IMG/VR virus record: IMGVR_UViG_3300010885_082162
Location: 1-64,000 of that record
Length of the DNA: 64,000 nucleotides
Direction: 5' to 3' (one strand)
Source of the DNA: a virus
Taxonomy: Duplodnaviria; Caudoviricetes
A program made the position numbers and the translations under genes. Below, piece by piece: positions 47,744-58,700 of the stretch (positions are counted from its first letter, which is position 1; every line of letters starts with the position of its first letter). The notes under the pieces were generated by a model. That model made no database searches. It was not told the DNA's origin and was given only the letters and a program-made list of their open reading frames with translations.

Positions 47744-49657
47744 ATGGCACTTATTAATAATACACAAGCCCTCAAATCTGTTAGACAGAGAAACTATTTA
47801 GCTAGGGACTTTGATAGCTTTAGAAGTGTGCTGTTAGAATACGCTAGACAATATTACCCAGATAAAATTAAAGATTTTTCTGAATCATCTGTAGGTGGTC
47901 TGTTTTTAGATATGGCAGCTTATGTTGGTGATAACTTGTCCTTCTATTTAGATCATCTTTATGGAGAGCTCAATTTCGATACTGTTATTGAGGCTAAAAA
48001 TATTGAACAGATCATAAAGAACGCAGGCTTACAGATAACAGGCGCAGCACCGGCAATTACTCAAGTTGATTTTTATATTGAAGTTCCTGTTGCGGATGAT
48101 GGCACAGACGCGCCTCCTCCAAGGACCGATCTCTTGGCAACAATCGTTGCAAACACAGTTTTGCAAGCTGACAACGGAACACGATTTACGCTTATAGAAA
48201 ATGTTGATTTCTGGCAATCCAATCCTGATACAGGCGTCATAGAGTTGAATCCTGCAGTTGATGTAACCATTGGCAGAAGAATTGCTGGGACTGTTGCGAC
48301 AAGAATATTAAAAGCTTCAGGTCTGTGTATTTCAGGTGTGCAGACCTCAGAAACATTTCAGATTGGTGAATTTCAACCTTTTAAAACTATTACGCTGTCA
48401 TTACCTGATGTTTCAAACATACTGTCGGTGATAGATAGCAAGGGAAACATCTATTATGAAGTTGAGAATTTAACCCATGATGTTGTCTATAAAAATACGC
48501 TAAACACGTCTGCTATTGACAGTAGTTTGGTAAAGGACTCGTTAAAAGTTGTTCCCGCACCTTACAGATATACAAAGCAAGTTTCAATAACAAATAAAGC
48601 TGTTACTTTAACTTTTGGAGGTGGTACCGCAGATTCGCTTGATGACGATGCAATTCCTGATCCCTCAGAGTTTGCGATTCCTTTAAGATATACACAGACT
48701 TTTTCACGTCGAGCTGTTAATCCTCAGCGTTTACTTCAAACATCAACATTGGGCGTAGGGCCTGCTAATGCATCTTTAACAGTAATATACAGACATGGTG
48801 GCGGATTACTACACAACGTCCCGCCAGGCAATATAAAAACAATTAATTTTATTGAAATTGAATTTCCCGAGAATCCACCTATTGAGCTGCAAACACAAGT
48901 CAAGAATGGAATAGAAGTCTTTAATCCGACGCCTGCAACAGGAGGTGAAGACGCACCCACAAATGACGAAATTCTAGCACTGGTTCCTGCGTTAAAGAGC
49001 GCTCAAGAGCGAATAGTAACTAAAGAAGACTTACTTGCAAGAGTCTACACGATGCCGTCAAACTTTGGTAGAGTATTTAGAGCATCTGTTTCTAACAATC
49101 CCAATAATCCACTTGCTTCAAGGTTGCATGTTATCTCTAGAACACCATCAGGCGTTTTAATTCCGTCTCCTGATACACTTAAAATTAATCTTAAGCGTTA
49201 CTTAAATTCTTACCGAATGATATCAGACGCTATTGACATTCTTGATGCGGAAGTTATTAATCTTGAAGTATTCTTTCAAGTTGTTGCTGATCCGTCATAC
49301 AACAAAACAATATTGATCAAAACGATCATCGAGTCTTTGCAATTACAGCTTAATTCAACAAACTTTCACATAAATCAGCCAATAGTAAAATCTGATATTG
49401 TCAGTACGATATATGCACAACAAGGTGTAATTGGCGTTGAATCTGTTGTTATAAGAAATTTAGCTGGTATTGTAACAAATAGATCGTATTCTGAGATTGT
49501 TTTTGACGTCAGGAGTAATACAAAAAACCAAATTATCTATCCGACAGAAGGCGGAATCTTTGAAGTTAGATTTCCTGACATTAATATCATAGGCAGCGGT
49601 GTCCAATGTATAAAAACATCAAGACTAAAAAAGACACATACATCACCAACAAAGTAA
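47744..49657 (+). CDS. Baseplate wedge subunit (T4 gp6 / baseplate J-like)
   Basis: YLARDFDS, DFSESSVG.LFLDMAAYVGDNLSFYLD, GGEDA, QERIVTKED, P...FEVRFP..NI.G. Confidence 0.9.
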   Translation: MALINNTQALKSVRQRNYLARDFDSFRSVLLEYARQYYPDKIKDFSESSVGGLFLDMAAYVGDNLSFYLDHLYGELNFDTVIEAKNIEQIIKNAGLQITGAAPAITQVDFYIEVPVADDGTDAPPPRTDLLATIVANTVLQADNGTRFTLIENVDFWQSNPDTGVIELNPAVDVTIGRRIAGTVATRILKASGLCISGVQTSETFQIGEFQPFKTITLSLPDVSNILSVIDSKGNIYYEVENLTHDVVYKNTLNTSAIDSSLVKDSLKVVPAPYRYTKQVSITNKAVTLTFGGGTADSLDDDAIPDPSEFAIPLRYTQTFSRRAVNPQRLLQTSTLGVGPANASLTVIYRHGGGLLHNVPPGNIKTINFIEIEFPENPPIELQTQVKNGIEVFNPTPATGGEDAPTNDEILALVPALKSAQERIVTKEDLLARVYTMPSNFGRVFRASVSNNPNNPLASRLHVISRTPSGVLIPSPDTLKINLKRYLNSYRMISDAIDILDAEVINLEVFFQVVADPSYNKTILIKTIIESLQLQLNSTNFHINQPIVKSDIVSTIYAQQGVIGVESVVIRNLAGIVTNRSYSEIVFDVRSNTKNQIIYPTEGGIFEVRFPDINIIGSGVQCIKTSRLKKTHTSPTK

Positions 49658-51096
49658 TTAGTGCAAAATCTAAAGTATCAGGTAACGTAGGTTTGGCAGG
49701 AACGCTCGACTTATTTAAGTTGCATGATTTGGCACCTGACTCATCAGGCGTAACAAATGAAATTTCTAGAATTTTAGTTCATTTTGATCTATCTGATATT
49801 GATAATTTGTGGAAATCAGGAAGTATAGACATTAATGACAACTCTTTTCAGTGTCAATTATCTTTGACAGATGTATATGGCGGCCAACCAACACCACAGA
49901 ATTTTACTATAAGCGTTTTTCCGCTCTCGGCTTCTTTTGAAGAAGGTCTTGGTAAAGATCTTGTTTATTACACAGATGTTGATGCAGCCAACTGGCTATC
50001 GTCATCAAGAGGCACACTCTGGAATTCTGCTGGCTGTGATTTAGGCGGCGGTGCAACTCAATCACGTGATTTTATTACAAGCTCTGTCAATATTACGTCA
50101 ACTGAGGCAAAGCAAGAATTTGTTATTGGAACAGAGAATTTATTAATTGATGTAACAAAAATTATTTCGGCGACTTTAACAGGTGAACTTCCCGACCGCG
50201 GATTTAGAATTTCGTACAGTGGCTCGCTTGAGACAAACTCAAACACATATTTTGTGAAGCGTTTTGCAAGTCGTCACGCATATGATGAAACGAAAAGGCC
50301 GAAGCTAATCTTCAAATTTGACGACTCCATCATTGATGACACACAAAATTTAACATTTGATACTGATTGTAAGATTAATCTCTACAATTACGTAAAGGGT
50401 GATCTAAACAATTTAATTTCAGCTTCGACATCTCTTACGGGATCCAATTGTGTTAAGCTTAAATTAGTCGCAGAAACAGGTGGTTACTCACTAACTTTCT
50501 CAGGATCGCAATTTAAGCTCGGCTCAAATGCAGTGACAGGTGTTTATACGTCCACAGTTAATATCGACTCTTCAGATGCCACAATTGCAGCAAGAATAGT
50601 TGAGTCAGGATCAGTAAAATTTACGCCTGTGTGGATATCAAACAGTGCAAACATTACTTTTGTCTCAGGAAGCAAGATAGAAGCAAAAAAACCCGTCAGA
50701 TCCTCTGCATCAAATAAGAAAAAATTCTACAGAGTAACGGTAGGAGGAATTGATCAAAGATATTCTAGTAATCAAGATGTCACAGGAAGAGTTAATATTT
50801 TTGATGATAACAATGCGTTTATTAAGCTAGTAAAAACACCAGTTGAGTTAGCAGGTATTGTGCTTAGTAATGTTTTTTATTCTGTAAGAGAAATTGAGTC
50901 CGGCATTACAGTAATTCCATTTGATGATATCAAAAATTCAACTAAGGTTTCGAGCGATTCCGAAGGAATGTTCTTTACTTTTAACGCGTCTAATTTTGAA
51001 ATTGGGAGATCATATGCTATTGATTTAATGATTAAATTAAATGGTATCAAAAATATCTACCAAGATGCATCAAATGTTTTTCAGATAATACAATAG
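49606..51096 (+). CDS. Hypothetical baseplate/virion protein
   Basis: 496 aa. KDTYI...SRILVHFD (DNRLRE-like pattern), RPKLIFKFDD. Rich in TGS/SGS motifs. Confidence 0.6.
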   Translation: MYKNIKTKKDTYITNKVISAKSKVSGNVGLAGTLDLFKLHDLAPDSSGVTNEISRILVHFDLSDIDNLWKSGSIDINDNSFQCQLSLTDVYGGQPTPQNFTISVFPLSASFEEGLGKDLVYYTDVDAANWLSSSRGTLWNSAGCDLGGGATQSRDFITSSVNITSTEAKQEFVIGTENLLIDVTKIISATLTGELPDRGFRISYSGSLETNSNTYFVKRFASRHAYDETKRPKLIFKFDDSIIDDTQNLTFDTDCKINLYNYVKGDLNNLISASTSLTGSNCVKLKLVAETGGYSLTFSGSQFKLGSNAVTGVYTSTVNIDSSDATIAARIVESGSVKFTPVWISNSANITFVSGSKIEAKKPVRSSASNKKKFYRVTVGGIDQRYSSNQDVTGRVNIFDDNNAFIKLVKTPVELAGIVLSNVFYSVREIESGITVIPFDDIKNSTKVSSDSEGMFFTFNASNFEIGRSYAIDLMIKLNGIKNIYQDASNVFQIIQ

Positions 51097-51109
51097 TAGA
51101 GACTAAATA

Positions 51110-54100
51110 ATGACATTTAAAATAGGATCACTTAGCTCGCCATCCTTCGTAAAGTCAATTTTACGTGATGCTAAGCCTGTACAGCTTACTGCAGCGGATC
51201 TTGTTGAACAACAAGATGCTACAAGCTTTAAAGAATTTAATTCATTTAAGTATGATCCAATTTCATCACCGTTAAAGAGCACTCAACAACTTAATATAGA
51301 TTGGTCTAAGTTTGAAAATCATACATTCTTCTCTTCAGCTGAAGTTAAAGTAAATGATGCATTTAATTTGCTAATTAATAAATTTCCATTCGATGGTACG
51401 AAATTAGAAGTACAAAATTTTATTGATAATTTAACTGGATTTGAAAAATATATCTTGGAGCAGTTTCCTACATGGTCCGGGGCGCTTCACTTCTCAGGTA
51501 CTCAAGTCGGTGAAAATCCTGCAAATGGTTATATTTCAAAATTAGGCACCCACATTGAAGTAAAAGATTATGCAGGTTTCTATTACCCAGAGATATCAAA
51601 AAACGTAACCGGTCAAACAATCCTAAATCCAGGCATAACAGGTTCGCTTTCTTTAGAAACCCAGATCTATTTACCGACAATTTCAAATTCAAGTCAAGTT
51701 GTTTTTCAAAAGGTTTCAAACTCATCCAATGGATTTACGCTTTATCTCAACCCTGATTCTTCGACTGCTTATGTTACTGCGAGTTTTTGTGTTTCTTCAG
51801 GCTCAAAAAGTGTAAGTACATCAGCAGTATTAACGAAGGGCGTTTATAATCATATCTGCGTTGTAATGAATAGAGAAGAGCAGCGTCCTGATGTTACCTT
51901 ACAATTTTATGTAAATGAAAAGTTAAAATCAAATAGTAATAAAAGCATTAATATTGGAAAATTAGACATTGACAATAACAGTCTCTATGTTGGATCTGGA
52001 AGCGCTTTTTTTAATAACAATACGTTAATAACACCAACACAAACGCTAAGTGGTACAATTGATGAGCTAAGAATTTTTCATGAAGCTAGAAGTCTTGACA
52101 AGCAAAAGTTATATGGCAATAGAGGCATATACGCATCGCCTACTTTAAAATTATACTATCGATTTAATGAGCCACCCATTTTAACAGAAAGCGCAACTGA
52201 CTCAGTTAATTCGATTGTTTTAGATAGTTCTGGAAATTCTTTACATTCTTACATCAGTAATTTCACAGGCTCATTAAGAATAAATTCAGAAACTGATAAT
52301 CTCAATCCTATAAAAAATGAAAAGAGAGAGTTCAATATCGTTCTCTTCCCAGCCTATGAAGAAGTGCAGGATTTAAATACACAACTTCTTTCCAGCGCAT
52401 CGCTGTATGATAATGAAAATCCTAACTATATTATTAAGCTTATTCCGAAACACTATCTTTTAGAAGGTGCAGCAGAAGATGGTTTCTTTAATGAGCGAGG
52501 CAATTCAGGCGGTGCTTATTCAGGTAATGGTATACCTGGTCAGGGAAAGATTGGCTCCACTCATATTATACTGACTTTTATCTACATATGGGCTAAGTTC
52601 TTCGATGACATTAAATTATATGTCGAGTCATTTGGAAAATTAAGAACTGTGAGCTATGATGAAAATGAATCAGTTCCTGATAATTTTCTACAAGATATTA
52701 TAAAGAGTTACGGATTTTACTTCCCAGGTCTATTTCAACATTCTGATATCAATAAATTTACTGACGATAGTGAGGGCCCTGAGACTGAGTATTCTACAGG
52801 CCAAGCATTTAAAAAAGTTCATACTCAGATATTAAGAAGAGTAATTGTTAATATAGACGATTTCATCAGATCAAAAGGTACTCAGCACAGTATAAGATCT
52901 TTCTTGCGATCAGTAGGTATAGATCCAGATAACAGTCTAAAAATTCGAGAGTATGGTGGTTATACTACAAATATTCTTGGTTCGTCTAGAAATAAACGAC
53001 TTGAGCCAATTGCTGTGGTTGACTTTGTTAGCTCATCATTTGTAATATCTTCTCCGCTCTCTGCATCAAGAGTCGAGCCTGGTTATCCTTTACCAGGTGG
53101 ACAATTTGTACTCAACAATGAAGATCAAGTTATTGGTACAAATTACGCATCTGACGGCTTGTTAACATCAGGTTCTTGGACATTATCATGTCATTATAAA
53201 TTTCCGCCTTACAAGCTTGAAACAATAAAAGCAGCAAATCAGTCTCTTATGCGCTTAATTGTTACAGGAAGCGAAGCATATGCTCAACCAGGCTTGATTG
53301 CAAATGTTGTTGCTGTTCATGGAACTAAGACAGCAGATCAAAAAATAATAGCGTATCTAAGACCCGGCACTTCAGGAAGTGCTAATATAGCTTCAAGCTC
53401 GCCACTCCTAACAATGTCGCTCAGCATACCAGGCGATGGAATCTTTGATGGTGAGCGATGGAATGTCGCGTTTGGTAGAAAAAGGTTTGATGAATTTGGC
53501 TCAAACTATTTATCCTCTAGCTATTTTCTACGAGCAGGAAAATCTAACTATGGTGATATTGAAGAGTTATATACTGAGTCTATATTCTTTAATGAAAAAT
53601 TGCAAAATGAAAAAAATGCATTTGAGTTCTTATCGAGTTCTTTCAATGCTTCTGGATCTTATATTTGTATAGGTTCACAACAGACAATTCCTGTTTCTGC
53701 TATACAATCTTATTCTTTTTTAAATAACTCATTTGAAGTAGATGATAGTGTCTCAAGAACAGTCAACTTCACAGGATGGGCATCTCATCTTCGATTCTGG
53801 TCCAAGGCAATAAGCGAGCCTGAATGGCAAGAGCATGTTAGGAATTACAAATCTGCAGGCGTTTCTAATGCAAAAATAAACTATAACTTTACAACAAAGG
53901 CATCCGGATCTTTTGGCAAACTTAGAATTGATACCTTTGCAAAACAAATAGATAAGACGTCAAACATAAATGGACAAATTATTTTTATTGATCACAGTAA
54001 CAATAACTTGCATCTCACCGGATCATATTTTGGATCAGGTTCTAACGTTGTAGTAATTGGAGATGTTGAGTCTTATAGCTACTTATCCCCTGATTTTGAT

Positions 54101-54652
54101 GAGGCATCAACTAGCGACAAAGTTAGAATTAGAGGTTTACTTAATGAAAGCAATCTTTCCGAGAATCCATTTGCAACATTAGGCCCAGCATATTCTTCTA
54201 ATGAATCATTCATTAAAGAAGTTCCAATAGATGATACAAGATTATCAATAGAATTTTCACTCACTGATGCGCTAGATAGAGACATAATAACAATGTTTTC
54301 AAGTTTAGAAGAATTAGGTGATGCTATAGGGCGACCTGAGCTAATGTTCTCACCAGACTATCCCGATCTAGAAACGCTTAGAAATGTTTACTTTAATAGA
54401 CTTACAGAAAACTTAAATTTTAGAAAATTTTTAGAATTTTATCGTTGGTTTGATAATTCAATTTCAACATTTATTGAACAACTTATCCCAGGGAAAACAA
54501 AATTTAAAGGTACAAATTTTGTGATTGAATCACATATGTTAGAGCGACACAAGAGAGAGGCTAGACACGGAGACAACTACATAAGTAATAATCAGCAAGC
54601 TAGCAAAGAAAATTCACTAAGTCTGGATTTTGCGGCTAGCATCAAACAATAA
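51110..54652 (+). CDS. Baseplate wedge/tail protein (gp7 / P2 gpI-like) with LamG-like domains
   Basis: RSKGTQHSIRSFLRSVGI (KGT motif); LamG motifs YNHICVV, LYVG, SGTIDELRIFH, LYYRFNE; IESHMLER C-terminus. Confidence 0.72.
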   Translation: MTFKIGSLSSPSFVKSILRDAKPVQLTAADLVEQQDATSFKEFNSFKYDPISSPLKSTQQLNIDWSKFENHTFFSSAEVKVNDAFNLLINKFPFDGTKLEVQNFIDNLTGFEKYILEQFPTWSGALHFSGTQVGENPANGYISKLGTHIEVKDYAGFYYPEISKNVTGQTILNPGITGSLSLETQIYLPTISNSSQVVFQKVSNSSNGFTLYLNPDSSTAYVTASFCVSSGSKSVSTSAVLTKGVYNHICVVMNREEQRPDVTLQFYVNEKLKSNSNKSINIGKLDIDNNSLYVGSGSAFFNNNTLITPTQTLSGTIDELRIFHEARSLDKQKLYGNRGIYASPTLKLYYRFNEPPILTESATDSVNSIVLDSSGNSLHSYISNFTGSLRINSETDNLNPIKNEKREFNIVLFPAYEEVQDLNTQLLSSASLYDNENPNYIIKLIPKHYLLEGAAEDGFFNERGNSGGAYSGNGIPGQGKIGSTHIILTFIYIWAKFFDDIKLYVESFGKLRTVSYDENESVPDNFLQDIIKSYGFYFPGLFQHSDINKFTDDSEGPETEYSTGQAFKKVHTQILRRVIVNIDDFIRSKGTQHSIRSFLRSVGIDPDNSLKIREYGGYTTNILGSSRNKRLEPIAVVDFVSSSFVISSPLSASRVEPGYPLPGGQFVLNNEDQVIGTNYASDGLLTSGSWTLSCHYKFPPYKLETIKAANQSLMRLIVTGSEAYAQPGLIANVVAVHGTKTADQKIIAYLRPGTSGSANIASSSPLLTMSLSIPGDGIFDGERWNVAFGRKRFDEFGSNYLSSSYFLRAGKSNYGDIEELYTESIFFNEKLQNEKNAFEFLSSSFNASGSYICIGSQQTIPVSAIQSYSFLNNSFEVDDSVSRTVNFTGWASHLRFWSKAISEPEWQEHVRNYKSAGVSNAKINYNFTTKASGSFGKLRIDTFAKQIDKTSNINGQIIFIDHSNNNLHLTGSYFGSGSNVVVIGDVESYSYLSPDFDEASTSDKVRIRGLLNESNLSENPFATLGPAYSSNESFIKEVPIDDTRLSIEFSLTDALDRDIITMFSSLEELGDAIGRPELMFSPDYPDLETLRNVYFNRLTENLNFRKFLEFYRWFDNSISTFIEQLIPGKTKFKGTNFVIESHMLERHKREARHGDNYISNNQQASKENSLSLDFAASIKQ

Positions 54653-54662
54653 GAGTTCATAA

Positions 54663-55715
54663 ATGAAACTAAAAAATCCTTTAGAGCCCGATAATCTTAA
54701 CAATGGTCAGTGGGTTGAAATTTTTACAAATGAAGCATCGATTGAAGGTGGAATAAATACTGTTGTAATTGAATCTAGTTTAGATTATTACTCAAGCTTA
54801 ACTCAAACATCAATCGTTAGAGATAGAAAATTTATAGATCGATCTTCATTAAAAAAAATTGTTGGATCGAACACGGTTGCAAATGCATTTGATACATCAA
54901 TCTCAAAAGATCGAGCAACTAAAACAGGCTATCTGTCAAGCTCAGTTGATCCTTATCGTCAAGGCGTTGAAATAACTTTACCTCGTCACATTACAGGACT
55001 AGTAAAAATATCAGCAGGTACACCAGGGCATTTTATCGACCCTGTGCCCTTTGGTGTCAGCGAAAATATTAATCTTACAGATAATGACTTTTTTGAAGAA
55101 TTAAATCTCTTTAATTCTGTTGAGTTTATACAAGCGCAAGATAGCAATAAATTAATTGAGCAGATAATCACATTTCCAATAGTCACATCAGATACTAATC
55201 AGAGAGAAAATTCTGTTTTAAACGGGATTATAGAACCTTTTCCTATAAGACCAATCATCTCTTATTTTAGTATATATTTTCCAGCAGAGCCTCACGGCAT
55301 AAAAGCAAATTTTTCTAATGGCGACATTCTTGTAAAGAAAGCATCTGATATTGTTAGCAGTGTATATGACTTCTTGCCAAACGCTGTTAATAAAGAGATA
55401 TTTCTTGATGCTGGCGAACCAATCACAATGTCAAATGATGAGGGCACAAGTACAGTAGAAGTTGGACCAAGTATACCGTATACGTCTACAGACACAAACT
55501 TCATAGAACCATTTAAAGATATCGTATTTGCGCGCGGTGATGTATTAGAGCTTACACGAAATTACGATAATGATCTTTTATCTGCTGTTAGAGCTCTCCT
55601 GCCGATGGAAACAACCTACTTAAATATAAATCAAATTTCAGGTAGAACTGGTTTTTCGTATAATAATTCCATACAAGGTGTAGATTCAATTGTTTATGGA
55701 GGCTTATCTAGATAA
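54663..55715 (+). CDS. Hypothetical virion protein
   Basis: 350 aa; translationally coupled (TAATG) to the next gene. Confidence 0.6.
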   Translation: MKLKNPLEPDNLNNGQWVEIFTNEASIEGGINTVVIESSLDYYSSLTQTSIVRDRKFIDRSSLKKIVGSNTVANAFDTSISKDRATKTGYLSSSVDPYRQGVEITLPRHITGLVKISAGTPGHFIDPVPFGVSENINLTDNDFFEELNLFNSVEFIQAQDSNKLIEQIITFPIVTSDTNQRENSVLNGIIEPFPIRPIISYFSIYFPAEPHGIKANFSNGDILVKKASDIVSSVYDFLPNAVNKEIFLDAGEPITMSNDEGTSTVEVGPSIPYTSTDTNFIEPFKDIVFARGDVLELTRNYDNDLLSAVRALLPMETTYLNINQISGRTGFSYNNSIQGVDSIVYGGLSR

Positions 55716-58700
55716 TGTCGTCGCCTAAGTCAAAGAGACAACCACCTGCAAGAGATTTCGACAAGTACGTTGCTACTTTTCAGTCTGATCCTCTAAATAA
55801 GTCAGTAGGTCTTAACTCTGTCAATCCAAACAAATGGAAACAGTTTGGACCAATTTTATCAAGTAGCAATGGCTATATAACATTTATACAAGAGTCTTTA
55901 ACAGAGAGCATAGTAATTCCTGGTAGAAACTCGGACATTATCCCCTTAGGTTTTGGCTTTAATTTTAATGGTGTTACGTATAACGACTTTATTGCTAGTC
56001 CACACGGCTGGATGTCATTATTGGATCCTAGCAATTATCCAAGTACTGCTTCGATCGACACAGCGTATATCGATCGAATGATTATTAGCGGCAGCAGTTC
56101 TTTTGATAATGCTGCAATCAAACAAGCATTTCAGTATAATGATCTTTTACTAGCACCGTGGTTTGATCGACAGCTCACAACACACAGAGATATTGATTCT
56201 TACATTGAATATTTTTCAGGTTCAAATACCTCTGTTGCTTCACAAAAAGAAAGATTTCTCTTTGGCAGAGCCAATTCAAAAGACTATTCATTTAAAGAGA
56301 ATAACTTTGGAATGAAATACGCGTTGATAGATGATTCTATCGATGGAAAAGCACTCGTTATCAGATGGTCAACAATGGGTTACAAGTATAGAGGCAAAAA
56401 ACTTTCTTATGAAACTGCAATCTACGAAAGCGGTAAAATAGAATTTAATTACGCACCACTTGCAAATTATTCAACAGATTACACACTGCTTCCACTGACA
56501 GTTAACCCAGTTAATGTTTGGAAGCTAGATGAATCCACAGGTGCTACTGTTAATGATGCAATGAATGCTACTAATTTGATCTATAAAACACCTGCTAATA
56601 TGAGACCGTCTGCAGGTATAATAGGTACAGCGTCTTTCTTCTCAGGCTCCGCTAACACAGTTATTTACGCTAATAATACCGCATTTGCAAATTATGTTGT
56701 AACTGACTCATTTTCTTTTAGCGCATGGTTTAAGGGCGCGCTGAACGATGCATCATTAAAATTCATTTTATCGAGAATGAATCAAGACTTTTCAAGAGGT
56801 TATTCACTCGCCCTTGCTGGCGGCAGTATAGTTTTAACATTAAATGACTCTTACAGCAGTAACACATTGCAAGTTACATCAGTGCCTAATTCGTATAGCG
56901 ATGATAATTGGCATCATGCAGTTGTTACATATAATGGAAATGCATCTGCCTCAGGCATAAAAATTTATATAGATGGACAACAGATTTCAACAACTACAAC
57001 ATACTCAACTTTAACAGTGAGCAGCAATATTCAGGCTGACGTAACCCGCGATTTTTTGATTGGTGCTTATGGCGTTCAAAATGCAAACAATCAACAATTC
57101 ACAGGTTCTATAGATGACGTCGCTCGATGGAATGCAGTAATAACACCCAACGATGTCAATACTATCTATGAAAATGGTCTAGCTGGTATATCTGTAGCTG
57201 ATATAACGCCAATCGGCAACAGTACAACATCATATGCAACTTGCGGAATATTCGCTTCGGGATCTTCAACATGGAATTATAGAGACTTTGCACCGCTGCT
57301 TGGTGTTATGTCTGCGTCAAGAAAGATTAGCGACTTTGGTGGCGGGCTTTATACAGGATCATACTTTGATATTGATACAGAGACAAGTGTTACTGCATCT
57401 TATGCAGTTAATATAGGCATTAATCATTGGCCAAAGCACGGTGGAAAAATCACATTTTCTGCTCCGAAACTCAGAAGACAACTAATAAGAACAGATCTGT
57501 TGGCTGATGACAGTAAGCAATATTTCGACCAGTCAGGATTTGATGATAGGCGAATTATTAATTACATTACCCAAAGTAATGTTGATGCATCAACCGTCCT
57601 TCCGCTGTCTTTAATTGTGGCACCGAGTTATCCTGGTGTTCATTTAAAACAAAATCTTATTTCTTCTGGTGGAATACGGCTACCAAATAGAAAGATTATT
57701 TCTGCTGGGCACGACAGTTATATTGCTGATGAGACACATCTTTTTAAAAAGACAGCACCTTTTTCTGAAGATTCACCTTCTCAAGGAAGACTAACTGACC
57801 CTTTCTTTTTAACTGGATCGATTTCGGCCTTCAGCGTGAATACCAATTCTTTTGCAAGAAGCATAGAAAATAAACGTCAGCTTAAACTTGTTTTTAACGT
57901 TGGCAATAAAACAAAGATGTTTACAAGTGCTAGCAGCTTGTATTACTACAACGTTGCCGCAAATCAGTGGAACATTCCAACTAGATCGCTAGACGATCAT
58001 GTAACAAGCTCATTTAAAAAGTTTTCAGTTCCTACCGACGGCGCTGGCGGTTCTTGTAACGGTTCTTTTTATCTTGAAGACAAGATCGGATTTGACTCAC
58101 AAGGAAATTGTATTATCTCAGGAAACCTCAATATTTTTAGGTCTACAACGGGTAATGAAAGAAATCAATCAACTGCTGAAATAGGTACACTCTTTAACTT
58201 AAAAGATCACACGCAAATTCTTGCACCTGAGTATGCAAAGAGTATTCAAAGAAATTCTAATTACTTAGCTTCAGATGATGAGTGCTTTACGTTGCCAATA
58301 ATTGATCCATTCTTAGTTGAGAAAGCTGTTATTGAAATTCCATTCTGTATGGGCGACGGATGGTTTGATGACAGAACCTCATTTTTGCTTGCATCAGCAA
58401 GTAATTACGCGTTTACTGCATCGAACGGCAATATTACTAAACTGTCGCCTTTGAATTGGTTGGAAGAAGGTGGGCCGGCCATAACAGTAGCTATGTACTG
58501 TCAAAGAAACTACGGCACAGGAAGCGTTAGAGATCTGGTATTTAAAACCACTTTTAGTCATGCCGACGACAAACAAAATTTAGTTAAATTAACATATGCA
58601 AACAGCGGTTCTGCTAGCGATCTTACACACATTGTGACGTTAACAGGTAATGATAATAATCGTAACATCATGTCTGACTACGTGCCGTATCAGTTAAACA

